Below are positions 15,101-27,100 of a stretch of 64,000 nucleotides of DNA, piece after piece. Position 1 is the first letter of the stretch; each line of letters starts with the position of its first letter. Source of the stretch: Nageia nagi (lineage: Eukaryota > Plantae > Pinophyta); contig JBITNC010000001.1 of NCBI GenBank assembly GCA_050084985.1, forward strand, positions 49,290,001-49,354,000, written 5' to 3'. The notes beneath the pieces are model-generated. The model made no database searches, was not told the DNA's origin, and was given only the letters and a program-made list of their open reading frames with translations. The position numbers and the translations under genes were made by a program.

Positions 15101-18100
15101 GAAAAGCGGAGCTTATTGTCGGTACTCTACAAGCAGGACCAATGCAATCAAATGGACTATGTGTGAATGAGGGTGGGTGGTTTTGAACAAGAGGTCTAAG
15201 AAGATGTCTTAAGAGAAAGGTTGATTCAGAATACAAACATTTAACAAGCAAGTAATGGATTAGCAACAATTCAAGACAATTCAAACATTTTGAAAAATTT
15301 CCAACAAACATTGCTAAACTCGAAAGTTTTCAAAGAGAAGCCACAAAAATATTCAAATTACAAAAATTGCTCTTAAAGGATCAATCCACCACTCCAATAC
15401 ATGAAAACACACTTTGAATCAATATGTAGCCTCTTGTATTATATTTGCAAAAGAGTTATGCATGAGTACATCAAAGTTGCTCCTCGATTACAAAAAGATT
15501 TCAATTTTCATGAAAATTTGCCTTTTCTTGGACTAAAACATTCTAAGTAAAAATGAGACCCCCTGTGGTGTATTTATATACTTTTGGAGCTTATTTTTGG
15601 TGTTTCCCTAACCCTAATCTAGGCTAATTGAAATGCAAATTGAAACAAAATTACATTTGAAGTGGTAGGAGAATATGTTCTTCCTTTTAACTACTTTTAG
15701 TGTATATACATGAAAATTGATACTTTTACAAAGTATCTTACAGATCTGGAGTCAACTTTGGATCTTCTTCACCATCTTTGAGTGCCCTTTTCACTGAAAA
15801 GTGAATTCCACCATTGATTTGAGCGATATTGGCAAGCTTTAGAGGATTTTAGTGAAGATTTTCTGAAAAATGGATTTTTTTGGTCAAAAATCTGAAAAGA
15901 TAGGGGGAGGAATCCAAAATTTATAAAAATTTTAAAAAGTGCTCAGAAGGATCTTATATGGCAATTAGCTTGGAAAAGTGTGCCCACCCTTTTGGGGTAT
16001 TAAACTTGCTCAAAATGCAAAAAAAGTTTAGTGTGTCTTGGAATGAGGTTTTCCATGCATCTATGCCTTCAAAATCGATTTTTGGGCCCATACGATTTTC
16101 TCTCTTGAATCTAGGTACCAAAATACACTTGTTTGGATTTTCATAGGCTTCGAAATGTGCACCTAGCCTTTGGAGGTGGTAAAGTTGACCAAAAGTGAAT
16201 ATTTGAAGTATTAATGTGGCTTAAAATGGTCCTTTCCATAAATCTACGACTTCAAAGTTGGTTTTTGACAAAAATCCATTTTCCCTCCTCATGTTAGGTG
16301 CTAGAAATCACCCCATTGGATTTCCATAGGCTTGGAAATGTACGCCTAGGGTTTTGGGACACTAGAATTGCTCAAAATTGAAAATTTGAAGACCTAAAGT
16401 GCCTTAGAATGAGGATTTTGATGCAAACAAATCATCACCTTTGAATTTTGAGACAAATACCATTTCTTCCTTGGTGGATAGGCACCAAAATTCACTCCAT
16501 TGGATTTCCCAAAGGGGTGCAAAACCCCTCCTACATGCCATTTATGCAATCTTTGTTGAAATCCAAAATTTCCAAACCTCAACATGCTTGGAATGACATC
16601 CTCTACTGGCCTATGCTTGCTGATTTCAATTCTGGCAATCTTTGAAAAATGACCCTATCTCCCTTAGTCTCATTCTAGACCCAAAATTCTATGCTCTGAT
16701 GAAATGTCTCAGATCCTAGCTCCTTGGCTGCAAAACTGGTGACTGGATACTTTGAAATTCTTCAGGGTCTTCATCGCATGATCTCAGTGAAGTTCCCCTT
16801 GATATCATATTTGCACTCTTAAGAATGAACTATTGGTCACCAAAAGCCAATCTCAAGGCAATGCACCTCATTGCCTTTGCAAAAATAGGGTCTCCAAAAT
16901 CTTGTATTTTGGAGTGTGTTGTGCGGGCACAACACAGGGATGATGTGATTCAAAATGTTGCAAGCATCAAAATTTGACTAAATATTAGTGTGAAGGAGTT
17001 GGTCACATGTCTTTTCGTTTCATTGGTCAATGGGTAAGATTGTGATCTGGAATACAAAGTAAATGAAGTGCATTTATTCTTTTTATTTATTTTTTGTATT
17101 AAGATCAGTTGTATGTATGGGAATGTTGTTTATTAGGGATGATATAGAAAAGTATGCCCTTATAAACCATTAAAGCATAAGTTTTTTGCTCAGGATTTCC
17201 TAGACGACTAGAAGGGTACCAGATATATCATTCTAAATCCCATGATGATGTGATAATGAGGTCAAAAATGGAGTTGCTGTCCTCAATTGTTCCTATATCT
17301 AATTTAGATTGTTTGTAGCAGAATTGATATCAAAGTTTCCTCTAGAGATTTGAGCATGTATTAATAATTCTAGGTTGTCCTGAACGCCTTTGCATATATA
17401 CAATACACAACATAAAATTTCAATTTACTTATATCATACTTCACAGTTTTTCAATATTATAAGTTGTCACATATGAATGACCCATAAATTAGTTTGCTTA
17501 TTGAAAAAAGTAAATTCCATGTTGCAAATGATATGATTTATTTTATGAAGCTCTTTATTCGAAGTCATAAATGACTAGAAAAATAGGTTTCTTGTTATCT
17601 ATGACAATCCTATGCACTTGGTTTTTCTCCAAGGAGAACAATCACTCCTTTGGAAGTATCAGAGGCACCGTCTTCTCAGCTTCAATTTCCAAAACCATTG
17701 AGCTTTTCTATTTAAATAATAAGTTCTTAAAGTTCTACCTATTTTTCAAAAGTGTTCATTTATCTAAACTCTAAACGGAACAAAATTAAGATACTGGTTA
17801 AGTGGATACCACTCTCTATCCCAATTTCCCAAATTTTCATTAAATACAGACTACGTAAGATTTAATCAACTCTCTATCATTTCCAGTCTAAAAGTTACTC
17901 GAAATTTTATTAAGAGATGTGCATCAAAACACTTGATTTAGGACTTATAATAATTTACAATAGTTAAAACATTTCATCCATAAGCTAACAAAATCTACTA
18001 CCATAATAATGTTAAAGAATTCTTACTTGTCGAGTTCCATGATGCTGAAAATAGGTCTTGACAGAAGGATAGCGAAGATTATTCATGCTATCCACTGATG

Positions 18101-21100
18101 TTTGTAGGCATATAATATCGCCATTCTTAAGCTACAAAATAAATGGCCTTGCACACATAAGATTTGTAGAAAGATCTTGCTAGATAGACTATAAAATAAA
18201 TATTCTGTCCACCAACATCTTATCAAAGCACAGGTTTTTCAATGTTATCCTTATGTAAAATAAATATACAAAACAACCCAGAATCTTCACACAAAAGTTT
18301 CTTAATGTTGTTACTTGTTACTATGCAAGTTAAAAATAAAAGATAATCCAGAATCTTCACCTTGTTTTCTTCATAAGTTGCCAATTTGTTGATGAATTCA
18401 CACTTCACATCAGGGCGGTAACTAATCTCCTGAAAAATAAAATGCATATGATTTGCCATGTTAAAATCAAAACATCCAAGCTTAAGAGGGAAAAAAAAAA
18501 GGAAAAATAATTAGGATGATTGCAATTAGTAGACGAAGAACAGGGCATGGAAGAGGAAAAACTAAACTAAATAGATAAGCTGTTATTCGACAGATTACTA
18601 TGATTGCAATTAACAATAACTACAAAACAATGATTATCATCTATTGCAACACAAAATTAAATGATATTATAAATGGAATCATTGAACTTTTTGGACCTAG
18701 ATGCCAAAACACTGAACATTGGGTGTTTTGGGCCTAGATGCCAAAACACTGAACACTCGGTGTTTTGGGCCTTGATGCCAAATTTATTGAAATATCTAGC
18801 TAGACCCATACTTTGCTCTTTTTTCCACTTGGATGATTCTAATGATATTGCCATGATGATGAAAGATAATCCTGTGTTATTGCTTTCTTCTTGTGATAAA
18901 TCTTCATGATGATTGCTCATGATCTTTCCATTCATTTCTCCATATCTAAAATGAGCACTTGGGAGTGATTTATAAAGGATTAATGAATTCGATTTTGAGT
19001 TCACCTAGATGGACCCACTTGGAACAATGTGCATAGAAGATAATGCTAATTTAGAACAATTCGCTTAATTTTTATAATATTTCCAAACTTGTGCGATAAT
19101 GATTGCTTATGATCTTTTGAATGCCTTGCTTGTCATTTCTTTTTTCTCGTCATCATATTCGGAATGAGCACTTGGAAGTGTTTTATAAAGGATTCATAAA
19201 TTTGATTTTGATTTTACCTAGCTAGACCCACTTCGAATAATGTGAATAAAGATAATGCTAAATTAGAAGATGTCACTTTAAGATATTTGAAAATTACCCC
19301 TAGTGGCCAAAAATTAACGCTTTATGTAAATTAAATAAAACACTTCAATTTTTTCATAGCTAAAATGTAATTTAAGTTTCTGAACTAGCACAATCAGCCT
19401 GTGTCCCGCTGTGGGCGGATTATTTTTGAAATGTTGAAAGTGAATTTCGGGGAGTTGTTCCAAACACATATTTCATATGTCAAAAGATGAACTATCTGAA
19501 AATGTTTGTCCTATGAATTTATCTAAGATATTACATTCTCTGATGCAATGGAATCATCTTGAATTTTGGTCACCCTTTACATGTTTCCCCATCTTCCTTA
19601 ATATGGAATTAGAGCTGCTTCTATATTTTCTATTCTCTTAATGAAATTTAACAAGCAATGAAATCATTTAAAGGATTAGCAAAATCCAAATAAAATGTCA
19701 GGTTCAATTCTTTTGATTTTGAAATCAATTATCACATATGAAAATATCTGAAAACATTTCAAATCTCTAACCATTTTGAAGAGCATGAGCAGATTCATTC
19801 CAATACCGAACTGTTATATATTTCCTTTGCAAATAACATCCAAAGAAATAAGAAATTGTATAGGATGATGATAAATCAAAAACTGAAAGTTGATTAATCA
19901 CCCCAACCATTAGATTCATAAGCAGTGACCTAAGAAGTTATGTAACACAATAGAGACTTTAAGTAAGCAAAGAATTAAAAAAGAAATATAACCATTAGAT
20001 TCACTTGCCTCATAAAGCTCCACTTCTTCATCTGTTCTAAAGCCTGACATTTCTTTAAACTTCTTTATGTCGTCCACTGGCCTTCTTGCTAGCTTAACAA
20101 ATTGACTTCCAGTGTATCTGACAATAGAAACGAGTATATTTTAACAATAAAAATCTTTGATAATATTTGCTCAATAAATTAATAACCACACATATCAAGG
20201 ACATTTAGAACTCTTACCGAATCTCCTCTTTATCTGGATCATAAATCTTAAAAAATAAAAATATATCTTCCTTTGGCTTTGGAGACTGAAGATCTAGAAT
20301 CTGCTGATCCTGAAAAGTCACAGCTACAATCTGATACCTATGCTTCAAATATATGCTACAATCAAATTGATGAAACCTAAAATTTTACTCTGGTTGTCAA
20401 AGCAGTAAGGAAGTGTCATAAGAATATAAAGTCTCATTCATAATGCTTTCTATCGTTTTGTTTGAATCAGCGAGTTCACCTCACTTTTTTACAACGACAT
20501 GAACTGCTCTGAAGCAAACAAGTGGAACTAGAAGAACTCAACAAAATGCCTGTCCAAGGAACAAAAATCCTACTTCATGTTAAGGCAGAATTATAGGAAT
20601 CATATTTCCATTCATTAGACAATTAGAATTATATATAATACCAAATTTAGAACTTCAATGAATCTCAAATTCAACATCCAAATTTAGAAAAAATTCAATG
20701 TTTTTCAGCAGGCAGTGATTTTGTTGTTTTGTCTGCAATTCTGCCATAGAAAACCACACTCTTGTTGAATAAACTCCAGATTTGAAAATATGAAAATTCT
20801 TATTGGAAGAAGCTCTCCAACAGATTTTGAACAAAGTCAACAGAGCTACAGTTGAAAAGCTATGACCTCAAAAACTTGACCTTTATGAAACTCAAGTTTT
20901 GCCATTTATGATCAATTCTTAACATAGGGGTGACTGTTGTGCCTGCACAACACACCCCAAGATGCAGCATTTTGGGGACCCTACTTTTTTTGAAGGCAAT
21001 GGATGACATTGCCTAGAGGTGATTATACAACGGCTAGAGAAAAGAGTCAGAGCGGTCAAGTGATCAAGTAGTGCACACAAATACCCACAAAGGCACCAAG

Positions 21101-24100
21101 TCAGTTTAGTGTGTCCAGGGGGCATTCATGGTCCAGTTTCAAGCAACATCAAGCAGGATGCAATTTTGGATCATAGCGGTGACCAAGAAGGGAGTTTTTC
21201 ACCAAGCAACCAACAGAGCATAAAAAGGCTCGTTTTCATAGCATTTGAGTGCAAGATTGGCAGAGTTGACAAAAAAAGAGCGTTTTTTCAGGTATTGAGC
21301 TCATAGGTGCCTAGCATCACAAAAAGCACGTTTTTTGCAAAATTTGAGGTCAAAAGTACCTAAATAGCAAAAATGAGCATTTTTGTCACTTTTAAGTCCG
21401 GGTGCCTTGAAAATGACAAGGATGACAAAAATGGACGTTTTTGACAAAGTTGACCCTAGAAAGCTGGAAAAGAGCAAGGTAGAAAAGCACATTTTTGTCA
21501 CTTTTGGGCCCGAAAATGGTCAATATGGTAAAAAAAATGCGTTTTGCATAATTTGAGTCCGAAAAGCTCAAAAATGACCAAAAGTGACGAATTAAACCCA
21601 AAATGGCCAGAAATGCTAAAAAATGCTAGAAATGCTTGAAAAGGTCATTTTTCCACGCCAAGGGCCCAAAAATGCCGGAATTGGGAAAAATTGAATACTT
21701 TGAGCCCAGAAATGATGGAAAATGACAACTTTGAGCCTGAAAAGGTGGAAATGATCGTTTTTGCACCATTTGAGCTTGAAAATCATCAAAAATATAGAGT
21801 TTGAGCTCAAAGGTACCAGAAAGGGCATTTTGGTTGAGTTTGAGCTTCAAAATGCCGAGTGTGGCCAGAAATGCATAGGTTGAGTCCAGAATGTTCGAAA
21901 ATGCAAGTTTGAGTACCCTTAGCCCCAAGCATGTTTTTCCAAGGCATTGAAGATCCAAGTAAGGAAAAAATGGTGCATGTTTCTTATTGATAAATGTAAA
22001 TGGTATCGGAGTTCAAGTAGAAGAGCGTATTCAGAGAGATAAGGTGAATTCTATCATAGTTAAGATTCGAAATTTTCGATTTTGACCAAGTCTAAGGCTA
22101 AGCATAGTTTTTCAAGCCTATGGGAAATCCATAGAGATGCATTTTGGCACCTAGATACTAAAGAAAAAGTGGAAATGCAAAAACAAATGAAACATATATC
22201 CATGAGTGAGTGGAAAAGATGGTTCTAAGCCACATTAGGTCTCGAAATTTTTGGTTTTGAGCAAATAAAGAGCCCCAAAATGATAGGCACAAGTTTCTAG
22301 ATGTTTCTAAAACCATTGAAGTGAAAAATGGCGCCTAGGTTGACAAGATAGAATCATTTTTGACCAAAAATCAAGTTTAGGTGCTTGGAACTAAGAAAAA
22401 CATAATTGCAAACACATTTAGGTCTCAAAATTTTTGATTTTGAGCACATTTGGGCACTCCAAAGGCTAGGCACAAGTTTTAAGAGCTATGGAAATCCAAT
22501 TAGGTGAAAAATGGCAGCTTGGATCAAGGAATTTGATTAATTTTGGTCAAAAATCAAGTTTGAGTGGTCTACAAGGTGTAAAATGTGATTTCTAGCACAT
22601 TTAAGTCTTGAAAAATTCGAAAATGAGCAAGTTTTGACCCTCTAAAGGCTAGGTGCAGGTTTGCAAATGTTTCTAATTCCATAGGGATGAAACATGGTGC
22701 CTAACTTGGAGGGATAATTGAAAAATGCATAAAAATTTGATCCCAAGGTGTCAATTGCATGGAAAACCCCATTTTGAGCACATTTAGAACTACAAAATTC
22801 AAATTTTGAGCAATGGAAAGGCACCTAAAGGCTAGGCACAGGTTTTCATGCCATTGGAAATCCAATGGAGTGAAATCTAGAGCCTAAGATGGACATATTT
22901 TGCAAATTTTGCTCAAAACTCAAGTATGAAGGGTCCATTGGGTCAAAAACCATCATTTCAAGCATGTTTAAACTTGCAAAATTTGAATTTTAAGCAATTT
23001 TGAGGCACTTCAAGGGCAGGCACAGTTGTTCATGTCATAAGGAATCCAATGAAGTGAAATCTAGTGCCTAGGAACAAGAATTTTCGAAAATTTGCCTCAA
23101 AATCCAAATTTCAAGGGTCAATTGCAAGGAAAACATGATTTCTAGCAAATTTAAACTTGCAAATTTCCAAATTTGAGCAAGGGAAGTGGTCCAAAATCCT
23201 AGGTGCTGGTTTTCTAATTTTTACAATTCCAATGAGTTGAAAAATGGCACCTAGCATGAGGAGGAATCAAAATTTTTTCAAAAACTTCAATTTTTTTCAC
23301 ATGGTTGCATGGAAAAGGGCATTCTAAGCATGTTTAAAATTACAAATTTTTGGAATTGAGCACTAGAAATGCCCCAAAAAGTCAAGCGCAGGTTTCCAAG
23401 CTATTGGAGAACCCAAGAAAGTGAAAATTAGCGTCTAGGTGCAAGGAGAAAGCCCCATAAGTCATCAAAATTCGATTTTGGGCACATAGATAGGTGAAGG
23501 AAGTGATTTGAATCACATTTAAGCTTTGATTTTTTTTATTTTTACCCAAGGAAGTGCTTCAAAAAGTTAGGCACAGGTTCACCATCCTATGGAGTGTTCA
23601 AAGGTTCCAAAAACTTAAAAATTATGCAAAATGCACCCCTAAAGCACTTTTAGTTCAAAAACCCACTAAGGAGCATGCAAAAGGCACAAAAAGCGTATAA
23701 ATACCCCTCAAGGCTCTCATTTTTTCCACAAACATTCTCTTTGAGCCTCCATGCACCCATTTCCTCACAAAATCTCACAAATTGCTCAAAAACTTCAAAA
23801 TTGCTCACAAGATCCAAAATAAGCCAAAACCTTGTCAAATTTTTTCAAGGATATTGGAATTCCATCCTCTATCCACCCATTAGGTCAAATCAACTTTTTT
23901 AAAATTTTCAAAATTTCGAACCCCCTTATCTTTTGGTCATTTTCACCATTTTCAAGCTTTTTGAAAAAAAGTGAAAAAACACAAAAACAGTTTTTCAAAG
24001 CCAAAAAACTTCAAATTTTTGAGTGATCCAAACTTCGAAGTGAATACCATAGTGATAGATCCCATATAGTAGAGCAGCCTCCATCATTCACTTCCCAAAA

Positions 24101-27100
24101 ACAAAGCTTGAAAACCCATTTTACATCCCCATCTTTCCAAGCTTCGAAGCTGCAAAAACCTGTCAAAAAACGAATACATGGACTTAAAAAAACAGAGTTA
24201 ATTCAGACCCCGAAAAGTCGAAATTTGTCTCTGAGACTTGGCCACAATTCTCTTAGATTTATTTTCCAACACCCCATGTACTTGTTTCCCAATTTCAACG
24301 AACTTGAAAATTTGCAAAAATCCCCACAGCTTCTGAAAACCCAAAAATAAGCCAAAAATTTGACTATCTCTTGTTTCCTCCAAAATCGCTCTAGAGATAC
24401 CCAATACCACTCCTAACACCTTGTTGTACTCTATAGGTTGGAATCATAAGCATTGATAAGAAAAACAAAGAGCTCCAGATGGAGAAGCTCATGAAGACTA
24501 GCTTGATCACCCTAGAAAAAGAGGGAAGGCTCTCTTCCCTACAGCTATGCTAGTAGATGGCCTTGGACAAATCAGAGACACTGATTGGGAGCATACTGAC
24601 CCCATCAAGTCATTAGAGAAGATGGCCAAGATCCCACATGAACAACTCTTCAACAACACACTTGCTCAATCCAGAATCGTTGAAGCTCCTTTGATCCCTT
24701 TCACCTCTCCATTCCCAGAGCTGTGCCTCGAGGTAGCAAGATATTGTGACACAAAGGAGAGAGTCCTCCTCGAAAATTAAGGCACAAAAATACTAGATTT
24801 CACTATGGAGGGAATAGAGAGTGCATTTGCATGGAGTAATGAAGGCATCATATTCTCCATGAAAGAGTCTATCAAATTCTACAACAGCCTGACCAAGCCG
24901 GGGAACTTAATAAGAGATTGGTTAGTTGACAAATGCAAAGATTACAAGGCAAAGGCCCTAAGTCAACCAAGAAGGATAGACTTCTACAGTCTCGACCATC
25001 ATCAGTATGCTATGCAGGATCATGAGACAAGAGAATGATCAAAGATTCAAAAAGGAGTTTGTGGGTTTCGTACACCAGATCAGGAGAGGCAAAGGGATTA
25101 GGTGGAGTAAGGTGATCAGCGAATGCATGGCCCAACAATTATCCAGACTCATAGAAATGAAGAGATTCTACATGAGCTCTTACTTGGTATTCCTGCTTCT
25201 ACATGGCAAGAATAGAAAATATGCCATAACAGATACCAAGTACCTCTTTGATCCAGAAATGCCAGTATGGCAGAGTTACCCTAGATTCATGTTGGAAAAT
25301 TGGTGGGAGGAATTCAAAATGATGAATGAAGGATTCGAGTGCCGTATATATGCAGAGATAAAGGGGACCGTTAATATGACCAGGATATCAAAAGCGGCAA
25401 TCCAAGTTCTTCGAGGACATGCAGATTTTTATCTCAAAGAAATAGATGCCACATATATCAGGGTTTATAGGTCAATTAAGCCACCTTATAGACTTCCTTG
25501 TTATGCAAGTGATCGGTTCATTTTGATGGAATTTTGCAAACACTTGTCATACTTACACGAGAAAGTCTAGTGTAAAAAAGGTGCCACCACATGCAAATTA
25601 CCTATTTGCATAGGGGAGTACAAATGTACATCATGGCATCAAGTCAAGACGATGAAGATGGAGCTCGCATATTACGGCTTCACAGTAGAACATGTGGTAG
25701 AGTACTATGATCCTAGAGGTGTAATCGGTGAATTCTACAAGAAAACCTAGCGAATCGATTACCCTCACAAGTCCCTAGGAAAGTTCGAAAGGTATAGAAA
25801 TATAGATGACATCGAGCAAATTAGCAGAATAAATAGGGACTTGGCAGCAAAAGAGAAGCTCAAGTAGACCATAACCAAGAAGAAGGAGAAAAGAGATCTA
25901 CAAGAGGAGAATGCAATAGCCAGGATACATCCTTTGATAATCCTTAAAAAGAATCCCCTAATTCCATGTGAACCACCACCAATTTCACCTTTCGTGAGAT
26001 TGACACAAGGGTAGTCTGGTCAGTATGCCACACTCATTGTTCAACCAGGGAAGACTATTGATCAGACCATACAGGGATTATCGCAAGAGATAAGAACCAC
26101 TAAAGAGATTGGAAGCACTTCTCACCCATACAAACACTTAAAAAAGCTGATGGAAGTCCCTCCTAGAGGTCCATCTTGAGATGGACAATTATATTATTCT
26201 AGCCCTAGTCCTCCTATTTCTCCTCCTTCTAGTGACAACGAGGATGAATACAAGATTGATGAAGGAGACCTCTTGAAAGAATCCTTAGAAGATGGCCAGA
26301 TATCCGAAATACCTTACATCTCAAGCCATGAATCATATTCATTAGTCGAAGAGATATCGGCCATAAGTCCTCCTACCATGGAAGAACCCGTTCAAGCAAA
26401 AAGACCTACATCTACACGGGCTTCCACACCTCGACAACCAAAGAAGACACCTCCACCTCAAAGAAAACCTCCACCACTTGCTCCAAGAAGGACCTCGATG
26501 TCTAAGGGAATAGCTTCCTCATCAGAAGGGGATGGAGGAAATGAAGAGGATGAAGGTGAAGATGAAGACTAGGGGAAGAAAAGGACAAAGGAAGAATGTC
26601 AAGGGAATCCGGAGAGACAGGTGACTGTAATTGCTAATCCTGAGCCGAGTTACAATTTCGACATGGCAATGCTCTTAAAAAACTTAAGAACATATCATCC
26701 ATTCGAAGCTTGTGCCGACCTTGAAGCTGATCAAGATTCAGAGAATGAATTTGAGCATGTAGCCACCTACATCTCGATGAAGGATGATTCCATCATCATA
26801 GATACTGTTGCTACAGGAAGGAAAAGGAATACCGATGGAGAATTTGCATTAGTGGTGTAAACACGAGAAGATCCATGTAAAGCAATCGAAACTTTGGGCA
26901 GGCAACATGCAATAGTTTCTAATGTTGCAGCGCTAATAGAGGAGAAGACATCATAGAAGGTAGAGCTCAGGGAGCTGAAAAGTGAATTGGTTGAAAAAAG
27001 GAAGTTGACTATTGATATCCAAGCTGCTAACTTGATAGTTGAAGACATTAGGAAGCAGATTTCACTGAAAATCGAGATTCAAGCAATCAAACAAGAGTGG

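Noticed and set aside
18657-19004. 115-aa ORF on the host-gene strand as an extra exon
   Set aside because: Built from local repeats; the flanking UBP12 exons join correctly without it.
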